Assembly (NCBI GenBank): GCA_035935655.1
Contig: DASYWW010000046.1
Span: 90,709 to 154,708 of the forward strand
Length of the DNA: 64,000 nucleotides
Reading direction: 5' to 3'
Source of the DNA: Candidatus Bathyarchaeia archaeon
GTDB lineage: Archaea; Thermoproteota; Bathyarchaeia; 40CM-2-53-6
Below are positions 57,035 to 64,000 of this stretch, in pieces (the stretch's first letter is position 1; each line of letters begins with the position of its first letter). The translations under genes and the position numbers were made by a program. The notes below the pieces were generated by a model. That model saw only the letters and a program-made list of their open reading frames with translations, searched no databases and was not told where the DNA came from.

Positions 57035-58311
57035 TTGTATCTCACCAGCAGATCCTTTCTTCCTCGGAGATCCTGGACACTCTTCAATCCGAAACCAGCT
57101 AGTATGGATCTCAACCGCTTGGTCCAAGCTGTGTAGAGATTGACAATTCTCTTCTCTCCCCATTCAGGCTCGATAAGCCGTGACAGCTCCGGGTCTGTTG
57201 TCGTTATGCCGACCTGGCAGCCGCGTCCTCTCTCACAATTGCCACAATGAGTACAACCAACAGCAACCGCTTCCGCCGTCGCTACCACACACCCATCAGC
57301 TCCTAGAGCGATCGCCTTCGCGATATCGTCAGCTGTCCTGATGCCGCCGCTAGCTATCAATACGATATCGTCCCGGACGCCTTCCGATACGAGATAATCG
57401 TGGACCTTCGGAATCGCATACTCAACCGGCATCGCAATGTTTTTTTTCGCAATTTCTGGCGCCGCCCCCGTCCCACCATACCCACCGTCGATATGGATGA
57501 TGTTCGCCCCAGCATAGTAGCTCCCAATCGCTACCATATCCACATCAGTTGGCGTGGACACTTTCACAGATACCAACGCTCGAGGATTCACAGTCTTGAT
57601 CCAGTCAACATGCTTCTTGTGATCTTCAACTGAGTAAACGCTATGGAAGGGAAACGGCGAGTAAAGACTGGTAAACATGGATGACTCCCGCATCTTCGCA
57701 ACCTCCGACGTCACCTTATCCGCCAGCAGATGCCCGCCGAGACCCGGTTTCGCGCCTTGAGCGTACTTGAACTCGACAATCGGAGCGTACTGTATCGTCT
57801 CCTCCCGAACCCCGAACATTCCTGTCGCCACCTGCGTAATCACATGATTCCGATACGGAACAATATCATCCGGATAACCACCCTCGCCAGTCGACGTGAA
57901 AGTATCCAGCTTCTTCGCAGCCCTCGCCCTCGCAAGCATGAAGTTCAAACTGATTGAACCAAAGGACATCCCACCACCATAAATCGGCAAAGGAATCTTG
58001 ATTTTCCGACCTTCCCCCCTCTTGTTTAGAGAAATTGAAAGGTCAGCATCGCGTTCATCGATCTTTGCGAAACCATTGTTCTTCCAGCCGAGAACATCAA
58101 AACCCCCACCTGAATTCCCAATCTTGTACTCCAGATCGTTTTCCGGTAAATCCCCGGTTAACGCCATCTCGTAGGTCGCCAAGATCAACTCCGCGGTCCA
58201 GCGCTTGTTTCCCAGCCCCGCCGGCAACCCATGACGAAGAGACGGAAGAACCTCTAACCCGTGATGGATTCTCTCCGAATGCTTCTCAACAATCAGCTCT
58301 TGGTTGCCCAT
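57031..58311 (-). CDS. Glutamate synthase FMN-binding domain protein (GltB domain 2 type, with 3Fe-4S cluster cysteines)
   Basis: 'IASGGIRTADDIAKAIALGADG' FMN/TIM-barrel motif and a 'CTHCGNCERGRGC' cluster. Confidence 0.75.
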   Translation of the reverse strand: MGNQELIVEKHSERIHHGLEVLPSLRHGLPAGLGNKRWTAELILATYEMALTGDLPENDLEYKIGNSGGGFDVLGWKNNGFAKIDERDADLSISLNKRGEGRKIKIPLPIYGGGMSFGSISLNFMLARARAAKKLDTFTSTGEGGYPDDIVPYRNHVITQVATGMFGVREETIQYAPIVEFKYAQGAKPGLGGHLLADKVTSEVAKMRESSMFTSLYSPFPFHSVYSVEDHKKHVDWIKTVNPRALVSVKVSTPTDVDMVAIGSYYAGANIIHIDGGYGGTGAAPEIAKKNIAMPVEYAIPKVHDYLVSEGVRDDIVLIASGGIRTADDIAKAIALGADGCVVATAEAVAVGCTHCGNCERGRGCQVGITTTDPELSRLIEPEWGEKRIVNLYTAWTKRLRSILAGFGLKSVQDLRGRKDLLVRYK

Positions 58312-59690
58312 GGTATCCCCTTGAACGACTGCTCCCTAAGCTCCGCGTCCATCATCGATCTTCCAATATCCCCGCGCAACCGTCTAACATCACGCATTCC
58401 CATAGCGCTGAGAATCTCGATCAACTGATCATGCCAGACACCGAAGAGATTCACAAGACGCTGAGCACCCCACTCTGGATCAATTTTTCTTGGTTTCAAC
58501 TGACAGTCTGCCCTATCCCGGGTCTCCCCCTTGAACTCCGCTTGGAGAGCGACGAGAGTAGTTGTGTCAATACCGACAAGATCCGCGCCGCAGATAATCG
58601 CCTTCGGAACATGCTCCGCCAAAGTTATCCCTCCACTCGCGATAATCGTGACTTGGTCCCGCAATCTCTCCTTCACCAACCGCTGATGGACCTCCTTCAG
58701 AGATTGGGAGATGTGCTTCGGCTCCTTCGAGTAATCCTGGCCATGATAATCAGCATACAGATGCAAGCCGTGCACTCCCTCCCGTGCTAGCTTGCACGCT
58801 TGATCTCCCGTGTCCTCTCGGAGAGGCAATCGAGCAATAACAATGGAGCGTGAAAGCCCGCTAGCCAGCTTATCGAACAAATCCGACTTCTCAGCATCAT
58901 ATTCCACTATTGATGAAGGGCTTTCGAGGACGTCCTGAACGCTCTCCTCGTCAACAACTGGTATGAGATTTCCGGGGCCGAAATCGAAAGCAGTTCTTTG
59001 TCTCGAGATATAGAACGTCCCGAGCTTCTCTGCCGCCATTCCAACCGCCGACCTAGCAGCCCTATCCCCTACAGGAAGCTTGTCGAAGATTATCGGAACA
59101 GGAATTTCTATTGTCCGAGAAGCCTGGTCGATCTTGGCAAAGTCGACACTGGTAGGTTTTCTGCCAATATCCACACTGGTCGAGATGTACTCCCGACCAT
59201 ACACGCCGTCCCTTGTGGGCCGAACAATCTCTGACATGTCCGTCCATATACCATCAAACCCCTCCCCACCAAACGCGCCCTTGTAACCCATCCCCTTCAC
59301 CGGAATCTTCCCAGTCGACGCCTCATTCCATATCGTGAACACGGCCTCAGGCGTCCAGAACGAATCACCCAGTCTCTTGTAACTTTCAGAATGTTTCACC
59401 GTCATAATGTGCGGATATTCCTGGACACACCTCATGCACCCAACACACTTGTGCTTCAAGGGCTTGAAACCGCCAAACCGTCCCCCGAAGACGCCGTAGA
59501 TGCACGGCCTACTCAGAACGACTTCCTTGTTGAGCTTGTACTCGAAAGCCTCATGCACAAGCATAGCCGCAAGCCGCACTTTCTTCGCGCTCACGTCAAA
59601 CTTGTTCGGAATCTGATGCACATGCGGAGCAGGTTTCGTCTCTATCTTGAAACGCTCATAATTGGAGGGCTTGATAGTTTCATTTTCCAA
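58293..59690 (-). CDS. Glutamate-synthase-related FMN-binding protein paralog with an N-terminal Fe-S ferredoxin-like segment
   Basis: 'CIYGVF...HKCVGCMRCVQ' followed by 'IIASGGITLAEHVPKAIICGADLVGID'. Confidence 0.6.
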   Translation of the reverse strand: MENETIKPSNYERFKIETKPAPHVHQIPNKFDVSAKKVRLAAMLVHEAFEYKLNKEVVLSRPCIYGVFGGRFGGFKPLKHKCVGCMRCVQEYPHIMTVKHSESYKRLGDSFWTPEAVFTIWNEASTGKIPVKGMGYKGAFGGEGFDGIWTDMSEIVRPTRDGVYGREYISTSVDIGRKPTSVDFAKIDQASRTIEIPVPIIFDKLPVGDRAARSAVGMAAEKLGTFYISRQRTAFDFGPGNLIPVVDEESVQDVLESPSSIVEYDAEKSDLFDKLASGLSRSIVIARLPLREDTGDQACKLAREGVHGLHLYADYHGQDYSKEPKHISQSLKEVHQRLVKERLRDQVTIIASGGITLAEHVPKAIICGADLVGIDTTTLVALQAEFKGETRDRADCQLKPRKIDPEWGAQRLVNLFGVWHDQLIEILSAMGMRDVRRLRGDIGRSMMDAELREQSFKGIPWATKS

Positions 59691-59827
59691 GTACCATGCC
59701 CTCTACAAACGCACAGGAAGAGGGGAATTTGTCGAACAAATATAAGTTCTCTGCGAGTCGGACCGAACGTTCGTCCAGAAATTCCGCTGGTCGGAAATCC
59801 CCCCGAATATAAGGACACCAAGGCATT

Positions 59828-60622
59828 ATGATCAGGCGGAAAATGGTTGCAAGAAGTCCGGACGAGTTCGAGAGACTGATTGCAGAAGCACAATCACAGA
59901 AATTCTCGGGATGGGATTTCTCGTGGCTCAGAAACCGGCTCGTCGAAGAAACCCCGCCCTGGAATTACAAACGGCAGGTAGCAAAGGAATTTCCCAAGAT
60001 CAAGTCTCTTCTCGACTTGGGAACCGGGGGTGGCGAACTTCTTTCTTCCCTTGGACAACTTCCTAGCCGAACCTTCGCTACAGAAGGATACTCGCCGAAC
60101 TCGGTCATCGCAAGGGACAGGCTGAAACCGCTACGCGTCGACGTGATACGGACATACTCTGAAGACAATACGAATAGACCCCAAGTGGGCGCGTTGCCCT
60201 TTCGCACTGAATCATTGGACATGATAATCGACCGGCATGAATCTTTTGTCCCTAGCGAAGTCTACAGAGTTCTGAAGAGGGGCGGGATCTTTTTGACGCA
60301 GCAGGCAGGATCTTCAAACTATCCTGAACTAAACGAATTTCTAGGTGCTTCGAACGTCGAAGCACTTTGGGACCTGCGGGTGGCTAGGCAACAGATAAGC
60401 GAGGCAGGTCTCCGTGTGACCGCTGGACGAGAAGCCCGACTTAATTCACGTTTCAGAGACGTAGGTGCGGTAATCTTCTTCTTATTGGCTGTTCCATGGC
60501 AGCTTGAAGGGTTCGTTGTAGGTCGCTACTTGGACAAGCTCAGAGAGTTGCATGGATTGATCGTTCGAACCGGAAGCTTTCGGGTTACAGCTCGAAGATT
60601 CTATCTCAGGTGCGTGAAATAA
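59828..60622 (+). CDS. Class I SAM-dependent methyltransferase
   Basis: 'LLDLGTGGGELL' motif I. Confidence 0.6.
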   Translation: MIRRKMVARSPDEFERLIAEAQSQKFSGWDFSWLRNRLVEETPPWNYKRQVAKEFPKIKSLLDLGTGGGELLSSLGQLPSRTFATEGYSPNSVIARDRLKPLRVDVIRTYSEDNTNRPQVGALPFRTESLDMIIDRHESFVPSEVYRVLKRGGIFLTQQAGSSNYPELNEFLGASNVEALWDLRVARQQISEAGLRVTAGREARLNSRFRDVGAVIFFLLAVPWQLEGFVVGRYLDKLRELHGLIVRTGSFRVTARRFYLRCVK

Positions 60623-60727
60623 TAGGCGTACTTAGCTTGGGTACCTAGCGGTGACCTATGGTCTCAGTTTACAGTAACGTGAGCCTTTAGGCAGAACCGT
60701 TTTCCTTCCATTTCGCTAAGCAATGCC

Positions 60728-62014
60728 ATGGACGGTCGCTCTTCGGCTTCTTCCGCGGGAACAGTGAGCGAGGTGCTTCGCCGGAGGATCCCAGCCATCC
60801 TAGCCGTCTTGCTCCTAGTCCTTTCTGCAGTAAGCCAGCTCTTACCCGCACATGCGGCTGCAACCTTGGCGATCAATCCAACCAGAACGCAGGAGGGCAG
60901 CTCGTCAGGGGTGACCCTAGTCTTAACCGTCAGAGGCGTTGTTGGAGGGCAGAGCTACAGCGACTATTGGGCTGTCAGTGATCCTTCAGGGAAGAACTAT
61001 ACCATAGCCACGACAAGTGTCGCTTCGCCCTCAGGCAACTATACTCTCAACGAGGTCTACCCTCGCGACTTCGGGGTGGGAGCGGGAATCACCTACGTCG
61101 GCCAATATTCAGTAGCCATCTTCCAGACAGCGCCTACCATTTCACTCCTAGGAACTGGACAATTCGGAATAGGGATCACGGACAAACTTCTCTACCAGCG
61201 TACACAACTGGTCTCCATCAAAGCCACCGGATACAAAGCCAGTGAGACAGTAACGCTCTACATAACCAAAGGAGGAATCGCCGCTCCCGGATACCCCATT
61301 CGTGTCCCGGCAGACGCGAGCGGCAACGTCATCACAAGCTGGCTAACGACCGCCAGAACACTGACCGGCAACTACACAGTCTCCCTCAACGGGGCGACTA
61401 CAGGCGCCAAGAACCCTCCTGACTCACAATGGTTCATCATTCTCCCCGCGAGCCTAGACCTCTCCCCCATTGCCGCAGCCAATTCAGCTAACTCTCTATC
61501 AGTCTCGACCTCGGTCACTCAGCCTGACGGATCAAACTTCATCCGAGGAAACGTCACTGGTCAATTCTCCCTCTCAGGGACCGAAATTGGAACCCCGATA
61601 AAGCTGCTCTACGACCAGGTGCGAGGCAAATGGACAGGAAACTACACCGTTCAGAGCACTGATCCAGAAGGAGCATGGACCCTACAGGTCACCGCCATCG
61701 ATCCCTACGGAAACAACGGCCAGGGCTCAACCTCTCTCTACGTCATCCCTCCTCCCGCGCCTGCTCCCCGGCCACCCCCGGAGAATCAGCTCGCAAGCCT
61801 CTGGTTCCTCACAGTCATAACAATGATCGCGGCAAGCGCGCTGATCGGTTTCGTATTTCTGAGACGAAAAAGAATGCTCCCACCACATCTGCAGGTTGAC
61901 ATGGAGGCAGTTGACGTCGAAGCCTCACGATTCATGGACCAGGACTTCTTCAAGTCAATTCAGGAACAGCTCGCGAAGAACAAAGACCCTCTGGAAGGAG
62001 AGAAGCATGGTTAG
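60728..62014 (+). CDS. Surface protein with an N-terminal signal peptide, a Pro-rich stalk and a C-terminal TM anchor
   Basis: 'ILAVLLLVLSAVSQLLPAHAAA', then a beta-rich body, then 'PPPAPAPRPPP' followed by a TM helix and a basic tail. Confidence 0.45.
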   Translation: MDGRSSASSAGTVSEVLRRRIPAILAVLLLVLSAVSQLLPAHAAATLAINPTRTQEGSSSGVTLVLTVRGVVGGQSYSDYWAVSDPSGKNYTIATTSVASPSGNYTLNEVYPRDFGVGAGITYVGQYSVAIFQTAPTISLLGTGQFGIGITDKLLYQRTQLVSIKATGYKASETVTLYITKGGIAAPGYPIRVPADASGNVITSWLTTARTLTGNYTVSLNGATTGAKNPPDSQWFIILPASLDLSPIAAANSANSLSVSTSVTQPDGSNFIRGNVTGQFSLSGTEIGTPIKLLYDQVRGKWTGNYTVQSTDPEGAWTLQVTAIDPYGNNGQGSTSLYVIPPPAPAPRPPPENQLASLWFLTVITMIAASALIGFVFLRRKRMLPPHLQVDMEAVDVEASRFMDQDFFKSIQEQLAKNKDPLEGEKHG

Positions 62015-62774
62015 GAGCATCGCCGTCCACTCGTTCAAGGGCGGAACAGGGAAAACTACCATAACCGCAAACCTAGCGGTCGCACTCGTCTCGCATGGAA
62101 AAAATGTCGGCGTAATGGACATGGATCTCGAAGGGCCGGGATTGCATGTTCTCTTCAACGTAGACCCCGAACAGATCCCGCACACCCTCAACGACGTTCT
62201 ACTGGACAAGGCCCGAGCGGAAGAAGCCGCAGTGCCGATGAACGATCGGCTCGGCCTCAAGGGCCAGGGGAAGCTCTACTTCAGCCCGGCCAGCACAAAA
62301 ATCGAGGAAATGTTGAAGACTCTTCGAACAGGGTTCGAAGTCGAATCCTTCTCGAAAGCTGTCTCAAAACTCCAGGACCAGTTCGAGCTTGACTATCTTC
62401 TCATCGACACTCACCCTGGACTGGAGAACGACACACTTCTCGCAATGGGCGTTTGTAATCATCTACTCATCGTCTCAAGACTCGACCACCAGGACATATT
62501 CGGAACCGGCGTACTGGTCAAGGTTGCCAGTAACCTAGGAAAATCCACCCATCTGATTGTCAACATGATACCTGCAGGCTTGAAAAGCTTCCAAGCATCG
62601 AAGCTGGCAAACGGCATCGGAGACCAGTTCAACGTACCTGTAGTAGGCTGGCTCCCATTCTCCGACGAGGTTCAAAGGTCTCTAAGCAGATCAGTGTTCA
62701 TCCTATCCGAGCGAAGACACTCGATGACAGCTAAGTTTCAGGAGCTAGCGAGACAAGTGGAGCAGTTCAGCTAG
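62007..62774 (+). CDS. ParA/MinD-family P-loop ATPase
   Basis: Deviant Walker A 'KGGTGKTT' at the N-terminus. The start Met is taken from the 'GGAGAG' RBS, overlapping the preceding stop. Confidence 0.75.
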   Translation: MVRSIAVHSFKGGTGKTTITANLAVALVSHGKNVGVMDMDLEGPGLHVLFNVDPEQIPHTLNDVLLDKARAEEAAVPMNDRLGLKGQGKLYFSPASTKIEEMLKTLRTGFEVESFSKAVSKLQDQFELDYLLIDTHPGLENDTLLAMGVCNHLLIVSRLDHQDIFGTGVLVKVASNLGKSTHLIVNMIPAGLKSFQASKLANGIGDQFNVPVVGWLPFSDEVQRSLSRSVFILSERRHSMTAKFQELARQVEQFS

Positions 62775-62784
62775 GAGAATCACC

Positions 62785-63366
62785 ATGTCCGGGTCAACAG
62801 ATCGTTTCGCGGCCAATGGTATTCGTCGGCTGGTTGGTTCGTTAAACTCCATCAGATTCAAGGATGAAATCGGTGAAGTCGAGTATTTTGGGCAGAAGGT
62901 CGTTATGCTCCGCAGGGACGCCTTCTCTTTGATGCGCAAAGAAATGATGCGTATCAGCGGCAACTCAGCGAACATTATCCTCGGAATAGCGGGCCGCCGC
63001 GTGGGAACCGAGGAAGGCAAGGCTCTCTTGTCGAAGGCCCAGGCCCTCGGATTGAAGACTCCTCAGGCCATGCCAGAATTCGTACGAGTAGCGGTGGAAG
63101 AGACAAACATGGGCTTCGGAAAGATTCAGGTCGACGAGTTGAACCTAGAATCCGGACAAGCAAGTGTGTCCATCGCTAACAGCTTCGAATCAGAGCCCGT
63201 TGCTAGTTCCCCGAGGCCCGCGTGTATCTTCACTCTGAGCTACCTTGAAGGAATATTCTCCCAGTTGATCGCGAGAGATGTTAGAGGAAGGGAGGTAGAC
63301 TGTAGAGCTAAAGGCGACAAGCTATGCCGATTTATCCTCCTGCCGGAACCCAGTCCCGGATCCTAG
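62785..63366 (+). CDS. V4R (4-vinyl reductase) domain protein
   Basis: Conserved Cys pair context 'ACIFTLSYLEGIFSQL...VDCRAKGDKLCRF'. Confidence 0.6.
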   Translation: MSGSTDRFAANGIRRLVGSLNSIRFKDEIGEVEYFGQKVVMLRRDAFSLMRKEMMRISGNSANIILGIAGRRVGTEEGKALLSKAQALGLKTPQAMPEFVRVAVEETNMGFGKIQVDELNLESGQASVSIANSFESEPVASSPRPACIFTLSYLEGIFSQLIARDVRGREVDCRAKGDKLCRFILLPEPSPGS

Positions 63367-63499
63367 GACGACCCGACGGCTCACTGCGAAGCACTGATGA
63401 GAGCTGTACCGGTTAACATTGGTAAACTTGGGTTTGGACCCATGGGTTTTGGCCTGACTTGAACCAAGCGGTTGTCCAGAAGAATTACGATATCAAAGT

Positions 63500-64000
63500 A
63501 TGAGTCTTAAACTCCTGGCATCCCCCGACAATCCATGTTCTACATCGGTGTTCGAAAATATCGAGTTTCGATATTATCTAGTTTCGAAATTCTCGACGCT
63601 AGAGACTTTCCTTATCTTCCCATATCTGTCAACCGGTGTTTTGAAGAAAAAAATGGTCAATGACAAGACAATCAAGATAGCCAGCGTCTTACTCCTACTT
63701 TCCGTCTCTGCCCTCGCGGTCATGGCTTTAGGCGTCAGAGCAACACTAGCCTGTGTTCCTGTCTCTACAAGCAGGGGCCCGCTCACAACCGCTGCAATGG
63801 ATTAGACTACCGGAACAATCGACGCAACCAATTGTGATATCGGCGATTACATCACCAGCAGCATTAGCGTCTCCGGATTGACCGTTCATGACGCGAACCA
63901 GTACGGCATCTTCGTCGACTCAGGAGGACTAGTACCATCTGCAATAACGGTCTCAATTTCGTCAGCGATAATCTACAACATTGGCGCCCACACAACGCTC
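63500..64000 (+). CDS. Signal-peptide-bearing beta-helix surface protein interrupted by an in-frame TAG at 63803..63805. The 3-prime end lies outside the window.
   Basis: 'KTIKIASVLLLLSVSALAVMALG' signal peptide, then a stop, then the same frame continues as 'TTGTIDATNCDIGDYITSSISVSGLTVHDANQYGIFVD...' to the window edge. Confidence 0.35.

Noticed and set aside
63803-63805. In-frame TAG read as pyrrolysine
   Set aside because: No pylS/pylBCD genes are visible in the window, and other genes here end in TAG. Kept as an open item in the findings rather than a call.
1-64000. CRISPR arrays, rRNA, tRNA, integrase or transposase genes
   Set aside because: I scanned all intergenic regions of at least 100 bp. 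I found no regularly spaced repeats, no rRNA-like conserved blocks, no tRNA cloverleaves, and no tyrosine or serine recombinase or DDE transposase motifs.

Overview
This 64 kb window looks like a chromosomal segment from an archaeon; no taxon can be assigned from sequence alone. The evidence is the presence of CDP-archaeol synthase, RadB, a Clp1-family kinase, a PAC2-type proteasome assembly chaperone, an Nre-like protein, an HTH_10 (Bat-type) regulator and a glutamate-synthase-like operon split into separate domain proteins. I found about 65 coding regions and no rRNA, tRNA or CRISPR. There is no integrase or transposase.

The first 34 kb is mostly housekeeping and transport genes. These include a PLP-dependent Cys/Met enzyme, an ABC-2 exporter with a PadR regulator, a TldD/TldE (PmbA) pair, CarS, RadB, a PfkB kinase, superoxide dismutase, an MFS transporter and a DUF47-PiT phosphate transporter pair.

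The region from 35 to 54 kb looks accessory. It holds a cluster of small detox-type genes next to a decayed VOC/PhnB-like pseudogene. It also holds a 1136-aa secreted metzincin fused to a parallel beta-helix, which contains a Cys-ladder tandem repeat, and next to it a 1094-aa helical-repeat protein with a CARDB-like end. A TolB-N-like plus TPR gene in this region lacks its usual N-terminal domain.

The most unusual observations are two independent cases where a gene sits beside a duplicated, diverged copy of the neighbouring gene's 3-prime end:
- A free-standing LAGLIDADG homing endonuclease lies next to the sod gene, with a second, antisense copy of the last ~25 SOD codons beyond it.
- A cupin gene is flanked by ~180 bp duplicates of the 3-prime end of an HTH_10 regulator gene.

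The window ends with a surface protein, a ParA/MinD ATPase, a V4R protein and a beta-helix surface protein interrupted by an in-frame TAG.
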